The notes under the pieces are model-generated. The model ran no database searches and was not told the DNA's origin. It saw nothing but the letters and a program-made list of their open reading frames with translations. Below, piece by piece: positions 18,512 to 29,228 of a stretch of 64,000 nt of DNA; position 1 is the stretch's first letter; every line of letters begins with the position of its first letter. The stretch spans positions 320,001-384,000 of the forward strand of contig CAVRZA010000002.1 of assembly GCA_963725665.1 (NCBI GenBank), given 5' to 3'. Source of the DNA: an uncultured Actinomycetes bacterium (lineage in GTDB: Bacteria > Actinomycetota > Thermoleophilia > UBA2241). The position numbers and the translations under genes were made by a program.

Positions 18512-19492
18512 TCACTGATACAGCGTGCCGGTGTTGACGACCGGGGTCACCTGCGACTCGCCGCAGAGGACGACCATGAGGTTGCTCACCATCGAGGCCT
18601 TGCGCTCCTCGTCGAGCTCGACGACGTTCTTCTCCGAGAGCTGCACGAGCGCCATGTCGACCATGCCGACGGCGCCCTGCACGATCTTCTGCCGCGCGGC
18701 GATGATGGCCTCGGCCTGCTGCCGGCGGAGCATGGCCTGGGCGATCTCGGGGGCGTAGGCGAGATGCGTGAGGCGCGCCTCGTCGACGGCGACCCCGGCC
18801 TTGGCAAGGCGCTCCTGGAGCTCCTCGCGCAGCGCCTGCGAGACCTCGTCGACGTTGCCGCGCAGGGTGATCTCAGCGGTGGCGTCCTCTCCCTGATCGT
18901 AGGAGTAGGCGCTCGCCAGGTGCCGTACCGCCGTCTCGCTCTGCATCGCCACATACGCCTGGTAGTCGTCGACATCGAACATCGCCTGCGCCATGTCGGC
19001 GACGTGCCAGACGACGACGGCCGCGATCTCGATGGGATTGCCGCGCTGGTCGTTCACCTTGATGCGCTCGCCGGGCAGCGTCCTGGCGCGCAGGGACACC
19101 TTGTAGCGGCCTAGCGTCCGGCCACCGTCAGGACTCTCCTTCCCGCTTTTCTTGAGGGCCTGACTGAGCGACCTCTGGCTGCCGCCGTTGGCGTAGAACG
19201 GGCTGCCCCAGTGGAAGCCGACCTGACGCATGGTGCCGCGGTAGTGGCCGAAGAGGATCAGCACGCGCCCCTCATTGGGCTGCAGCGTGAAGAAGCCCGG
19301 CATGGAGAGCACACTGAGACCCAGCAGCACCAAACCGAGCCACACCTGTACGCTGAGACCCAGCAGCACGACACCGGCCCACACCGATGCCACGGGGAAG
19401 ATGAGCAGGGCAATCCCCCCGACGAGCAGGGCGATGGTGATGGGCAGCATCACCCAGCCGCTCACGACCTTGCGTTCGCGTTCGTGACTCAT
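18512..19492 (-). CDS. SPFH/band-7 domain membrane protein
   Basis: [45 protein letters not shown]. Confidence 0.9.
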   Translation of the reverse strand: MSHERERKVVSGWVMLPITIALLVGGIALLIFPVASVWAGVVLLGLSVQVWLGLVLLGLSVLSMPGFFTLQPNEGRVLILFGHYRGTMRQVGFHWGSPFYANGGSQRSLSQALKKSGKESPDGGRTLGRYKVSLRARTLPGERIKVNDQRGNPIEIAAVVVWHVADMAQAMFDVDDYQAYVAMQSETAVRHLASAYSYDQGEDATAEITLRGNVDEVSQALREELQERLAKAGVAVDEARLTHLAYAPEIAQAMLRRQQAEAIIAARQKIVQGAVGMVDMALVQLSEKNVVELDEERKASMVSNLMVVLCGESQVTPVVNTGTLYQ

Positions 19493-19728
19493 CGTGATCC
19501 CTCCGTTCGAGGCGGCCCCGCGCCGAACCTGCGGCGCGAGAGGAGACCGTCTCCGCTTCTGGTAGCATGATGATATCATGAAGAAATCGGCAAACAAGGG
19601 TCACAGTTGGGCCGAGGATGCGGAGGTGGATTGTGCCGGCGCGCGCTTGCAGGAAGCGGACGGGCGGGGCGCGGCTCGCCTTGCGAGCCGCGCCCCGCCC
19701 GTGACAGTGGCGCTTCTGAGGCGAGCGG

Positions 19729-20610
19729 CTAGACCGCTGCCCCAGCCCCCCGCAACACCGGCTCGACGGGCACCATGTGCCTGCCGAAGCCGAGCCTCGC
19801 GGTAGGCACGCCGACCGCGAGACCGACGAGCTGCGAGAGGTAGAGGACCGGCAGCTTCACGAACCCTGGGTCCGCGGCCGCGATCTCCTCCTGGCGCGTG
19901 TCGAGGTTGGCCTGGCAGAGCGGACAGGCGCTGACGACCATCTCGGCGCCGGCGGCGGACGCATCGGTGAGGATCTTGCGCGTCAGTTCGACGACCACGG
20001 ACTGCTCGCAGAGCGCCAGCGAGGCTCCGCAGCAGTCGGTCTTGTACGACCAGTCGACGGGCCTCGCGCCCAGCACCTCGAGGATCTCGTCCATGTGCAT
20101 CGGGTATTCCGGGTCCTCGGCCGAGGTGACCTTGGGTGGACGGGTGAGCAGGCAGCCGTAGTAGGCGGCCACCTTGACCCCGCCCAGCGAGTGGCGCGCC
20201 CGGCGCTCGAGCTCCTCAAGCCCCACGAGGTCGTAGAAGACGTCGATGAGGTTGTCGACCTCGACGCCGCCGGTGAACGTGCGTCCCACGACGCGCTGGA
20301 TGTCGGCGTGCCGCGCCTCGTCCTTCATGTCGTGCAGCGTGACCATGAAGCGCGAGAAGCAGGCCGCGCAGGGCACGACGACGGTGTCGAGGCCGAGGTT
20401 GCTCTTGACCTTCCAGAGCTCGTTATAGGGCAGGGCGGCCGCCAGCAGCCGCGAGCGTGCGTGGGCGGCCGTGTTGCCGCAGCACTCCCAGCCGGGGATC
20501 TCGTCGAGCTGGATGTCGAAAGCCTCGAGGCTCGCCCGGAACGACCCATCGAGCTCCTTGGCCGTGCCGTGCAGCGAGCACCCGGGGTAGTAGGCGACCC
20601 GGCGGCTCAT
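19729..20610 (-). CDS. hdrB: Heterodisulfide reductase subunit B-like (two CCG domains)
   Basis: YYPGC, ECCG, CAAC, YYGC, DCCG, CPLC. Confidence 0.9.
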   Translation of the reverse strand: MSRRVAYYPGCSLHGTAKELDGSFRASLEAFDIQLDEIPGWECCGNTAAHARSRLLAAALPYNELWKVKSNLGLDTVVVPCAACFSRFMVTLHDMKDEARHADIQRVVGRTFTGGVEVDNLIDVFYDLVGLEELERRARHSLGGVKVAAYYGCLLTRPPKVTSAEDPEYPMHMDEILEVLGARPVDWSYKTDCCGASLALCEQSVVVELTRKILTDASAAGAEMVVSACPLCQANLDTRQEEIAAADPGFVKLPVLYLSQLVGLAVGVPTARLGFGRHMVPVEPVLRGAGAAV

Positions 20611-21224
20611 CGCGCACCCCCGGTGAGCGCGGGCGCGGGCCGCTTCGCGACGCGCCCGCGCGCCGCCGCCCTCTCGCTCTCGATCTTCTCGGCTTCGGCG
20701 ACCATGCGCTTCATCTGCTTGCGGTCGCCGAACGCCGGGCGCAGCGACAGCTTGCCCTTAGTGAACATCTTCACGCCCAGGAGGGCGTCGTCCATCATCG
20801 TGCGCGGGCGCATGAACTTGTAACGCGCGATGAGCTCGATCTCGTAGAGACGGCCCCAGCGGACGATGGAGTCGAAGTTGTACTGCAATATGTCGGCGAA
20901 GGGCCGGTCCTTGGGAACCAGGCCCTCTTGCCACGAGATGGCGCGCAGCTCGTCCATCACCGCGGCGACGTCGATCTCCTGCGGGCAGCGGGTCGAGCAG
21001 GTCACGCAGCCCGTGCAGAGCCAGATGAACCGCGACTCGACGGCCGCGTCGAGGTCGCCGAGCTGCACGGCGCGGATGATCTGCGCCGGGTGCAGGTCGC
21101 CCATGGGCGCCACGGGGCAGCCGACCGTGCAGCGCTTGCACTGATAGCACTTGTAGACGTTCTCACCCAGGTCAGCCGCGACCGCTCTGGCCGCGGTGGT
21201 GTCGATGGCGACCGTGGGACTCAT
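20607..21224 (-). CDS. hdrC: Heterodisulfide reductase subunit C-like
   Basis: CYQCKRCTVGCP and CTGCVTCSTRCP. Confidence 0.9.
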   Translation of the reverse strand: MSPTVAIDTTAARAVAADLGENVYKCYQCKRCTVGCPVAPMGDLHPAQIIRAVQLGDLDAAVESRFIWLCTGCVTCSTRCPQEIDVAAVMDELRAISWQEGLVPKDRPFADILQYNFDSIVRWGRLYEIELIARYKFMRPRTMMDDALLGVKMFTKGKLSLRPAFGDRKQMKRMVAEAEKIESERAAARGRVAKRPAPALTGGAR

Positions 21225-21225
21225 C

Positions 21226-22170
21226 CTAGTTCACCACCGGCCGCGGCAGCAGCCCGGCCATCTCGACGATCTCGGGCACCGCGGGCTCCCACTCGACCGC
21301 CATGACGTGCACGCCGGCGACGCCCTCGATCTCGGCGATCTCCTTGATCATCTCGGCGCCGAGCTTCTTGCCTTCTTCCTGCTGCGGGGCGCCCTTCTCC
21401 TTGGCGGCGATGCGGTCGACGATCTCCTGGGGTACTTCGAGTCCGGGCACGAAGTTCTGCATGTACTTCGCCATGCCGGCGCCCTTGATAGGCGTGATGC
21501 CGGCGAGGATCTTGATCTCCTTGTGCAGGCCCAGGGCGCGCACCATCTCCATCCACTTCTTGAACTTGGGGATGTTGAAGATGCACTGCGTCTGCACGAA
21601 ATCGGCGCCGGCCTCGATCTTCTTCTTGAGACGCAGGGCGCGGTACTCGAAGGGGTCGCCGAAGGGGTTCTCGGCACAGCCGATGAACAACCGCGGCTCG
21701 ACCGGCATCTCGTCGCCGCACTGGAACTTCTTCTCGTCACGCATGTCCTTGAACATGCGGATGAGCTGGACGCTGTCGATGTCGTGGACGCCCCTCGCCT
21801 GGGGGTGGTTGCCGAAGCTCATGTGGTCGCCGGTCAGGCAGAGGATGTTGTGGATGCCCAGTGCCACCGCGCCGAGGATGTCGGCCTGCATCGCGAGACG
21901 ATTGCGATCGCGGCAGGTCATCTGCATGATGGCCTCCATGCCGTTCTGCTGGGCGATGTAGCCCGAGGCCATGGAGCAGATGCGCACCACGGCGGTCTGG
22001 TTGTCGGTGATGTTGCAGGCGTCGACGTAGCCGTTGAGGAGCTTCGCCTTCTCGGCGATGATGGTGCCGTCGGCGCTCTTCGGCGGACCGCACTCGCCGG
22101 TGACGGAGAACTTGCCGGCGGCGAGGATCTTCTCGAGATTGCTGCCGGATTTCAGTCCGTTGCCGCTCAT
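21226..22170 (-). CDS. metF: Methylenetetrahydrofolate reductase MetF
   Basis: ECGPPK, NITDN, QMTCRDRNR, LTGDH, AGADFVQTQ. Confidence 0.93.
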   Translation of the reverse strand: MSGNGLKSGSNLEKILAAGKFSVTGECGPPKSADGTIIAEKAKLLNGYVDACNITDNQTAVVRICSMASGYIAQQNGMEAIMQMTCRDRNRLAMQADILGAVALGIHNILCLTGDHMSFGNHPQARGVHDIDSVQLIRMFKDMRDEKKFQCGDEMPVEPRLFIGCAENPFGDPFEYRALRLKKKIEAGADFVQTQCIFNIPKFKKWMEMVRALGLHKEIKILAGITPIKGAGMAKYMQNFVPGLEVPQEIVDRIAAKEKGAPQQEEGKKLGAEMIKEIAEIEGVAGVHVMAVEWEPAVPEIVEMAGLLPRPVVN

Positions 22171-22850
22171 ACCGGCTTCGCCTCCTCACGCACCATCTTG
22201 CGCGGCCCGCCGCTGTTGCTCTTGCTCCAGTCCTTCGGGGGAGTGTTGCGCAGGAGCAGGTCTTCGCGTCCCTGCGCGTAGAGCTTGTCGTGGATGAGCT
22301 GCCAGGCGCAGTCGATCTCTTCCTTGTTGGGGCCGGTGACCTCGCACTTGCCGTCGTGGCTGCCGCCGCAGGGCCCGTTCATGAGGCTCTTGGAGCAGCG
22401 CGCCACGGGGCAGATGCCGCCGGTCTCGCCCAGGACGCAGTCGCCGCAGGCGGCGCAGCGCTCGAGCCAGACGGCGTGCTCCTGGGGCATGCCCAGCATG
22501 TTGGTATTGACGGCCGGGAGGACGAGGGTCTCGGTGAACTTCTCGGCCATCGACTGGATGCCGATGCCGCAGGCCATGCTGATCACGACGGGGTACTCGG
22601 CCACCTTCTCGGCGATCATGTCGAGGTACTCCCACTCACACTGGCGGATGGCCGCGGTGTGCTCGCACTTGAGCTCGCGGCCGTCGTCTTTGGCCTTGAT
22701 GCGCAGCTCGCTGGCGAGGATCTCGGCCTCCTTCTCGCCGCCCGTGAGACACACGGCCACACAGGTCTCACATCCGGCGACGAGCACCTTGTCCTTGCCC
22801 TCGACCAGGCCGAGGATCTCGTCGAACGGCTTGCGTTCAGCAGTGATCAT
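22167..22850 (-). CDS. metV: MTHFR small Fe-S/Zn subunit MetV
   Basis: GCETCVAVC, RQCE, CAACGDC, CPVARCSKSLMNGPCGG, CAW. Confidence 0.88.
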   Translation of the reverse strand: MITAERKPFDEILGLVEGKDKVLVAGCETCVAVCLTGGEKEAEILASELRIKAKDDGRELKCEHTAAIRQCEWEYLDMIAEKVAEYPVVISMACGIGIQSMAEKFTETLVLPAVNTNMLGMPQEHAVWLERCAACGDCVLGETGGICPVARCSKSLMNGPCGGSHDGKCEVTGPNKEEIDCAWQLIHDKLYAQGREDLLLRNTPPKDWSKSNSGGPRKMVREEAKPV

Positions 22851-23458
22851 TGCGCCTGTCCTTCCTCAACGTTTGCCGCGGGGCCCGGGGCGGCGCTCTC
22901 CGCGACCGGTTCGCCGCCGACGCCCGCCACGGCGGCGTGAGCCGCCTCGACGGGCGAGACGTCGTCGCGACGTAGCGGACTGGGGCCGAGCGCCCTGATG
23001 CGTTCGGTGAACTCGGTGGCGATCTCCGCGAAGCGGGGGCCCATCGCCGACGAGAGGTTGTACATCTCGACGCGCCCGGCCTCGAGCCCCATCTCCTCGA
23101 GCAGCTTCTTGACGTAGTCAATCCGCCGGCGCGCCCAGAGGTTGCCCTTGAGATAGTGACACTCGCCCTCCATGCAGCCGGCGGCGTAGACGCCGTCAGC
23201 GCCGGCCTCGAGGGCCTTGAGCACGTGGATGACCTCGAGCTTGCCCGTGCAGGGCAGCTTGATGATGCGGATCGTCGGCGGGTACTGCAGGCGCATGCTG
23301 CCGGCCAGGTCGGCCGCCGCGTAGGCGCAGTAGTGGCAGGCGAAGACGATGATCTCGGGCTGCACGCCCTCGGGCCACTCCTTCGGCGGAGCGGTCTCCT
23401 CGACGGCGGTCGGGACTTCGTCGCCCGCCACAGCCGCGCTCGTCTGCGCCTGAGTCAT
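22847..23458 (-). CDS. mvhD: MvhD-like [2Fe-2S] subunit
   Basis: CHYCAYAAAD, PCTGK, GADGV, GCMEGECHY; RBS GGAGG. Confidence 0.92.
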   Translation of the reverse strand: MTQAQTSAAVAGDEVPTAVEETAPPKEWPEGVQPEIIVFACHYCAYAAADLAGSMRLQYPPTIRIIKLPCTGKLEVIHVLKALEAGADGVYAAGCMEGECHYLKGNLWARRRIDYVKKLLEEMGLEAGRVEMYNLSSAMGPRFAEIATEFTERIRALGPSPLRRDDVSPVEAAHAAVAGVGGEPVAESAAPGPAANVEEGQAQ

Positions 23459-23469
23459 GTTGGCCTCCA

Positions 23470-26400
23470 CTAGCGCACCTCCCCCGCATCGATGGCCGCG
23501 GCAAAGTGCGGTGACGCCTCTCTGAACGCCTCTTCTTTGGCGAAGATCTGCTCGTCGGTGTAGTGATGCAGAGTGATGGCCTTGGCCGGACACTCGCCCA
23601 CGCAGACGCCGCAGCCCTGACAGGCGGCCGCCTCGATCTTCGCCTTCTTGGTCTCGAGGTCGATGATCGGCACCTCGTAGGGGCAGACGCGCACGCAGGT
23701 GAGGCAGGCGGCGCACTTCTCGGTGTCGACCTCGGCCACGACGCCACCCGCTTTGAGGGTGGCCTTGGCGAGGATCGCTGCCGCGCGGGCCGCCGCCGCA
23801 TAGGCTTGCGAAATCGACTCGTCGATCGACTTCGGATAGTGAGCCGAGCCGCAGAGGAAGATGCCCTCGCTGGCGAAGTCGACGGGGCGCAGCTTGACGT
23901 GCGCCTCGAGGAAGAAGCCGTCGGCCGTGAGCGGCACCTTGAGCATCTGCGAGAGCACGTCGTTGCCCTCATTGGGTACTGTCGGAGTGGCGAGCACCAA
24001 GAGGTCGAGTGGCATCTCAATGGACTTCTTCAGGGCGGCTTCGCTATAGGCGATCGAGAGCGAGCCGTTGGCGTCGACCTTCGGCTCCGAACCGTTGGCG
24101 TAGCGGGTGAAGATCACGCCCAGCTCGCGCGCCTTGGTGTAGTACTCCTCGCTGAGCCCGAAGGTGCGGACGTCCTTGTACCAGACATACACCGGCCGGT
24201 CCGGATCCATTTCCTTGAGGCGAATGGCGTTCTTGATCGACTGCAGGCAGCAGGTGCGCGAGCAATAGGGCTTGTTCTCGTCGAGCGAGCCGGCGCAAAG
24301 GATCATGCCGACCGACTTGACCTCCTCGAGCCGGGGGTCACCCTCGGCGAACATGCGCTCGAGGTCCATCTGTGTGACGACCTTCTGGCTCGAGCCGAGG
24401 CCGTAGAGCTCGGGGCGCTGTTCTTGCGAGCCCGTGGCCACCATGACGATGCCGTGGTCGATCGGCGTGCGCTTGCCGTCGGACTCCTTGACGACGCTCG
24501 AGAAGTTGCCGATGAAGCCGTGGAAGTCGACCAGCTCGGCCTCGAGGTGGATGCGCACGTTGGGGTTGTCGATCAGGCGCTGCTCGAGCTCCTTGAGGAA
24601 GACCTTGGGGTCGCTTCCGCGGATCGTGTTGTCGATGTCGAGGACACGTCCACCGAGCTTGGCGCTGCGCTCGACGAGGTGGACCTCGTGGCCCATCTCA
24701 CCGAGCGCGAGCGCGGCCGTCATGCCGGCCACACCGCCGCCGACCACGAGTGCCGCGTGCGTGAGCGGTACGTCCAGCTTGTAGAGCGGGTCGAGTAGCC
24801 GCGCGCGGGCGACGGCCATGCGGACGAGGTCCTTGGCTTTGTCGGTGGCTTCGTGTGGCCACTGCGCGTGCACCCACGAGCATTGGTCGCGGATGTTCGA
24901 CATCTCGAAGAGGAAGGGGTTGAGCCCCGCCTCCTGGAGCGTGTCCTGGAAGATCGGCTCGTGCGTGCGCGGCGTGCAGCTCGCCACGACGACGCGGTTG
25001 AGGTTCTCCTTCTCGATTGTCTCTCGGATGAGCGCCAGACTGTCGGACGAGCACGTGTAGAGCGTGTCGGTCGAGAAGACGACTCCGGGCAGCTTCAGGG
25101 CGTAGTCGGCCACACTTTCCACGTCGACGACGCCGGCGATGTTGGATCCGCAGTGGCAGATGAAGACGCCGACCCTCGGGTCTTGGCCCGCGACGTCCTT
25201 CTCCTCCGGGTACTGCTTCTCGACGGTCAGGGAACCGCGCGAGTCGGCGAGCCTGGTCATCGCTAGAGCAGCGGCGGCCGACGCCTGAGCTACCGAGTCG
25301 GGGATGTCTTTGGGTTCCGAGAAGGGACCGCAGACAAGAACGCCCTCGCGCCCCGTCTCGAGCGGCTTGAACTCCTCGAGCTCGCAGAAGCCGTGGCGGT
25401 TGAGGGCGATGCCGAGCTCGCCGGCGATTTCTTGCGCCTTGCGCGCGGGCTCGAGGCCGACGCTGAGGACGACCATGTCGTACTCGGCGGTGATCATGTC
25501 GCCGGCCTCGTTCTCGAGCGTGATGTAGAGGTTCTTGCTCAGAGGGTCCTCTTTGATCGACGACGGGCGCGAGCGGATGTACTTCACGCCGCGGTCGAGG
25601 GCGCGCTGGTAGAAGGCGTCGAAGCCCTTGCCCATGGCGCGCATGTCCATGAGAAGCACGTCGCAGTCGGCGCCGGGCAGGTGGTCCTGAGTCAGCATCG
25701 CCTGTTTGGTCGCGTACATGCAGCAGACGCTCGAACAGTACTCGTGCTCCTGATCGCGGGAGCCGACGCATTGGATGAAGGCGATGCGCTTCGGGTGGGC
25801 TTCGTCGGAGGGGCGCAGCACCTCTCCGACGGTGGGACCCGAGGCGGAGAGCATGCGCTCGTACTCGAGGGAAGAAAGGACGTTGGGATAGCGGCCGTAC
25901 CCGTGCTCGCCGTTGCGGCCGGGGTCGTAGGCGTCGAAGCCGGTCGCCATGATGACGGCGCCGATCTCGCGCTCGAGCTCGGCGTCTACTTCGTCGTGGA
26001 GCAGGGCGCCCGGCCCGCAGGCGCGCACGCACTCCATGCACTCCGAGCAGATGGCGCAGTTGAGACAGCGTTTGGCTTCGGCGACGGCCTGCTCAGGGGA
26101 GAAGCCGGTGTTGACCTCGTCCCAGGTGAGTCTGCGTGCCGCGCCCGGGAGCTGCGGCATGGGCATACGCGCCATGACCTCGGTCTTGCGCAGGATCTCC
26201 TCATCGGGTTTGGCCTCGGGCTTGAACTCGTCCCACACGGGCAAGAGCTCCTCGCCGCGCAGGTGGTTGTGGATGGCGCGCGCCCCGCGCCGGCCGGCGG
26301 CGATCGCCTCGATGGCGGTCCAGGGACCGACGGCGGCGGCGTCGCCGCCGGCGAACACACCCTTGCGTCCGGTCGCGCCGGTCTGCTTGTCGACGACGAT

Positions 26401-27939
26401 CTGGCTCTTCTCGATCTTGATGTTGCGGGCGCCCTTGGTGAAGTCGTCGATCATCGCCTGGCCGGTGGCGAAGATGACCGTGTCGCACTCGAGCTCGGTG
26501 AACGAATTATCGATCGGGACCGGCGGGCGCCAACCGCGCTCGTCGGCGTCGCCGAGCGTGCAGTACTGGAAGTCGACCTTGCTCGCGCGGCCGTCGGCGT
26601 CGGAGCTGATCGAGGTGGGCATGCAGGAGCAGATGAAGGTGATCGACTCTCCGAGGCCTTCCTCGATCTCGTCGCTTGAGGCCGGCATGGTCTCGTCGTC
26701 CTCGATGCAGGTGAGGGTGACCTTCTCGGCGCCCAAGCGCAGCGCGGTGCGTCCGGCGTCGAAGGCCACGTCGCCGCCGCCGACGACGACCACGTTCTTG
26801 CCCATGTCGACGGGGTTGCCGACGGTCGCGTCGTAGAGGAGATCGACGGCTGTGAAGACGCCCTTGGCGTCGTTGCCGGGGATGGGCAGCAGCTTGCCGC
26901 CCTGCAGGCCGGTCGCCAAGTAGACCGCCTTGTAGCCGTCCTTGAGCAGCGCATCGACGGTGACGTCGGCGCCGACCTTCTGGTCACACTTCAATTCGAC
27001 GCCCAGGGCGAGGATGCGGTCGATGTCCTGCTGCAGCGCGTACTTGGGCAGCCGGTACTCGGGGATGCCGAAGCGCAGCATGCCGCCGGGTTCGCTCTTG
27101 GCCTCGAACACGGTGGTCTTGTAGCCCAGCAGGGCCAGGTCGCGGGCGCAGGCAAGGCCGGTGGGGCCGGCACCGATGACCGCCACTTGTTCGTCGAAAC
27201 GCACCTCGGCCGGGTCGGGTAGGGGCACGTTCTCGGCGGCGTAGTCGCTCACGAAGCGCTTGAGGCCGGCGATGGCGATGGGTTCCTCGACCTCGCCGCG
27301 CGTGCAGTCGGTCTCGCACTTGTGCGTGCAGATGCGGCCGCAGACGGCGGGGAAGGGGTTGGGTTCGCTGGCGACCGTGTAGGCCTCGGCGAAACGTTCC
27401 TCGCCGATGAGGGCGACGTAGCCCTGGGCCGAGGTGGCCACGGCGCAGGCGCGCTTGCATGGCGCCTGGCCCTTCTTCGTCACGGCGTAGGTATTGGGTA
27501 TCGCTTGCGGGTAGAGCTTGTAGATGGCCGTGCGTTCGCCCTGCCCCTCGTTGAAGGAGTCGCCCACCTTGACCGGGCAGACCGGCACGCACTCGCCGCA
27601 GCTTGTGCACTTGTCGGGATCGACGTAGCGGGCGTGGTGTAGGATCCGCGCTTTGAAGCCTCCTGGTTCACCGCTGAGGTCGGCGAGCTCCGAGTTGGTG
27701 ATGAGCTCGACGTTCAGATGGCGCCCCACCTCGACCAGCCGGGGCGAGAGCGTGCACATAGAGCAGTCGTTGGTGGGGAAGGTCTTGTCGAGCTGCGCCA
27801 TGTGCCCTCCCAGGGCCGGCGCTTTCTCGACAAGGTGGACCTTGTACCCGCCTTCGGCCAGGTCGAGCGCGCACTGGATGCCAGCCACGCCTCCCCCCAA
27901 GACGAGCACGGCCCCGGTGGTCTTTGAGGCACCCGCCAT
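23470..27939 (-). CDS. hdrA: Large HdrA-like flavoprotein (two HdrA modules with an inserted GltD-like NAD(P)-binding domain; HdrL type), ~1489 aa
   Basis: GGGVAG, LDKTFPTNDC, GAGPTG, GGGDVA, CVGSRD, YCSSVCC, CHCGSNI, NIRDQCSWVH, second GGGVAG/YCSRTCC, terminal 2x[4Fe-4S]. Confidence 0.88.
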   Translation of the reverse strand: MAGASKTTGAVLVLGGGVAGIQCALDLAEGGYKVHLVEKAPALGGHMAQLDKTFPTNDCSMCTLSPRLVEVGRHLNVELITNSELADLSGEPGGFKARILHHARYVDPDKCTSCGECVPVCPVKVGDSFNEGQGERTAIYKLYPQAIPNTYAVTKKGQAPCKRACAVATSAQGYVALIGEERFAEAYTVASEPNPFPAVCGRICTHKCETDCTRGEVEEPIAIAGLKRFVSDYAAENVPLPDPAEVRFDEQVAVIGAGPTGLACARDLALLGYKTTVFEAKSEPGGMLRFGIPEYRLPKYALQQDIDRILALGVELKCDQKVGADVTVDALLKDGYKAVYLATGLQGGKLLPIPGNDAKGVFTAVDLLYDATVGNPVDMGKNVVVVGGGDVAFDAGRTALRLGAEKVTLTCIEDDETMPASSDEIEEGLGESITFICSCMPTSISSDADGRASKVDFQYCTLGDADERGWRPPVPIDNSFTELECDTVIFATGQAMIDDFTKGARNIKIEKSQIVVDKQTGATGRKGVFAGGDAAAVGPWTAIEAIAAGRRGARAIHNHLRGEELLPVWDEFKPEAKPDEEILRKTEVMARMPMPQLPGAARRLTWDEVNTGFSPEQAVAEAKRCLNCAICSECMECVRACGPGALLHDEVDAELEREIGAVIMATGFDAYDPGRNGEHGYGRYPNVLSSLEYERMLSASGPTVGEVLRPSDEAHPKRIAFIQCVGSRDQEHEYCSSVCCMYATKQAMLTQDHLPGADCDVLLMDMRAMGKGFDAFYQRALDRGVKYIRSRPSSIKEDPLSKNLYITLENEAGDMITAEYDMVVLSVGLEPARKAQEIAGELGIALNRHGFCELEEFKPLETGREGVLVCGPFSEPKDIPDSVAQASAAAALAMTRLADSRGSLTVEKQYPEEKDVAGQDPRVGVFICHCGSNIAGVVDVESVADYALKLPGVVFSTDTLYTCSSDSLALIRETIEKENLNRVVVASCTPRTHEPIFQDTLQEAGLNPFLFEMSNIRDQCSWVHAQWPHEATDKAKDLVRMAVARARLLDPLYKLDVPLTHAALVVGGGVAGMTAALALGEMGHEVHLVERSAKLGGRVLDIDNTIRGSDPKVFLKELEQRLIDNPNVRIHLEAELVDFHGFIGNFSSVVKESDGKRTPIDHGIVMVATGSQEQRPELYGLGSSQKVVTQMDLERMFAEGDPRLEEVKSVGMILCAGSLDENKPYCSRTCCLQSIKNAIRLKEMDPDRPVYVWYKDVRTFGLSEEYYTKARELGVIFTRYANGSEPKVDANGSLSIAYSEAALKKSIEMPLDLLVLATPTVPNEGNDVLSQMLKVPLTADGFFLEAHVKLRPVDFASEGIFLCGSAHYPKSIDESISQAYAAAARAAAILAKATLKAGGVVAEVDTEKCAACLTCVRVCPYEVPIIDLETKKAKIEAAACQGCGVCVGECPAKAITLHHYTDEQIFAKEEAFREASPHFAAAIDAGEVR

Positions 27940-28015
27940 CAAACTCTCCTTCTCGGACGCCGGACGGCAATTGGGCATTCTGCGGACCTCACGACTCCCG
28001 CGCGAGGTAGGCGCG

Positions 28016-28061
28016 AGTATAGCGTGGCGGCGGTGCCGCCGTCTACGTGAAGTGAGTCACA
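28016..28061 (-). promoter_or_regulatory. hdr/met promoter (-10 TATACT) with an upstream CRP/FNR- or Rex-like palindrome
   Basis: CGTGA-AGTGAG-TCACA at 28046-28061; AGTATA at 28016-28021. Confidence 0.5.
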
Positions 28062-28113
28062 GAATACATGATTTTGCGGGGGAATGCGCGTTCGGAATGG
28101 GTGTGCCTCGCCC

Positions 28114-29049
28114 TTAGGCGAACACGACCCGCGGAAAGTACAGGGACACGATCCAGTCGGGCTCGTCGACGACCTCGCTGATGCGCAGGTCGGCGCACAC
28201 GCTGCACAGCAGATAGGCGTCGAGCTCGCTCATCGCATGCTCCGCGCTGATGAGCTGGACCATCTCCCGCGCGGCGATGCAGGCCGCCTCGAGCAGGTCC
28301 TGCGCGATGCCCATCGTCACCTCGTAGCCGTGCTCGTCGAGGTGACGCGTCACGGGGCCCGGCGTGGTGAACCGTGGCCAGCGCACGTGAGCGTCGCGCA
28401 GCAGATCGAGCCTCACCGTGATGCGCATCGGCGTCTCGAGGGCGACCCCGCAGATCTCGCCGTCACCTTGGGCCGCGTGGCCGTCACCGCACGAGAAGAG
28501 GGCCCCCGCGACCTCAACGGGCAAGAGGAGCGTGGACCCGACGGCGATGTCCCTCGTGTCGATGTTGCCGCCCACGCGCCGCGGGTTGACGACGCTGTGC
28601 AGTCCGGGCTCGTGGGGAGCCAGGCCCATGATGCCGGGGAAGGGCTTGAGGGGCACGCGTCCCCCGGGAGCGTAGGTCGCCGGCGCCAGCGTTTCGGGGT
28701 CGAGCTGCCAGAGGTGTAGAGCCGGCTCCGTGAAGCCGCCGGCGAGCAGACCGAAGCCGGGTATGTTGGCGGTCCAGCCCCAGTCGGCCGTCTGCAGGTC
28801 GAGGACCGTCACCTGCAGCGCATCGCCCGGCTGGGCGCCCTCCACGAAGACGGGGCCGAAGGCGGGATTCACCTTGGCGAAGTCGAAGCGGGCGATATCT
28901 TCGACTGTCGAGGTGGGCGATATCTGCCCGCCAGAGGAGTCCAGGGTGTCGAACTCGACCACATCGCCGGGGGCCACGACAAGACATGGCTCCGTCGCGT
29001 GGTCCCAGCCGTAGTGCAGCTGGTGTCGCTCGACCCTGCGTTCCGCCAA
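28114..29049 (-). CDS. Acetamidase/formamidase family protein
   Basis: GPVFVEGAQPGD, GGNID, GDGHAAQGDGE. Confidence 0.92.
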   Translation of the reverse strand: MAERRVERHQLHYGWDHATEPCLVVAPGDVVEFDTLDSSGGQISPTSTVEDIARFDFAKVNPAFGPVFVEGAQPGDALQVTVLDLQTADWGWTANIPGFGLLAGGFTEPALHLWQLDPETLAPATYAPGGRVPLKPFPGIMGLAPHEPGLHSVVNPRRVGGNIDTRDIAVGSTLLLPVEVAGALFSCGDGHAAQGDGEICGVALETPMRITVRLDLLRDAHVRWPRFTTPGPVTRHLDEHGYEVTMGIAQDLLEAACIAAREMVQLISAEHAMSELDAYLLCSVCADLRISEVVDEPDWIVSLYFPRVVFA

Positions 29050-29228
29050 GTCGATCCCCGCCCCTCGTAGTCGTCGCGAGCATGATAGCGGACAAGGCGT
29101 GCCTCTGCCGCTACGACCAGCCTAACAGCGCGACTGTGGGATGTTTGCCTCGCGCGACCCCGGCTGAGGCCCAGCGGGCTTCTGGTAGAGTTGGCCGGTC
29201 TCGCTCCGTCGAAACAGCGTTGTGAAGG

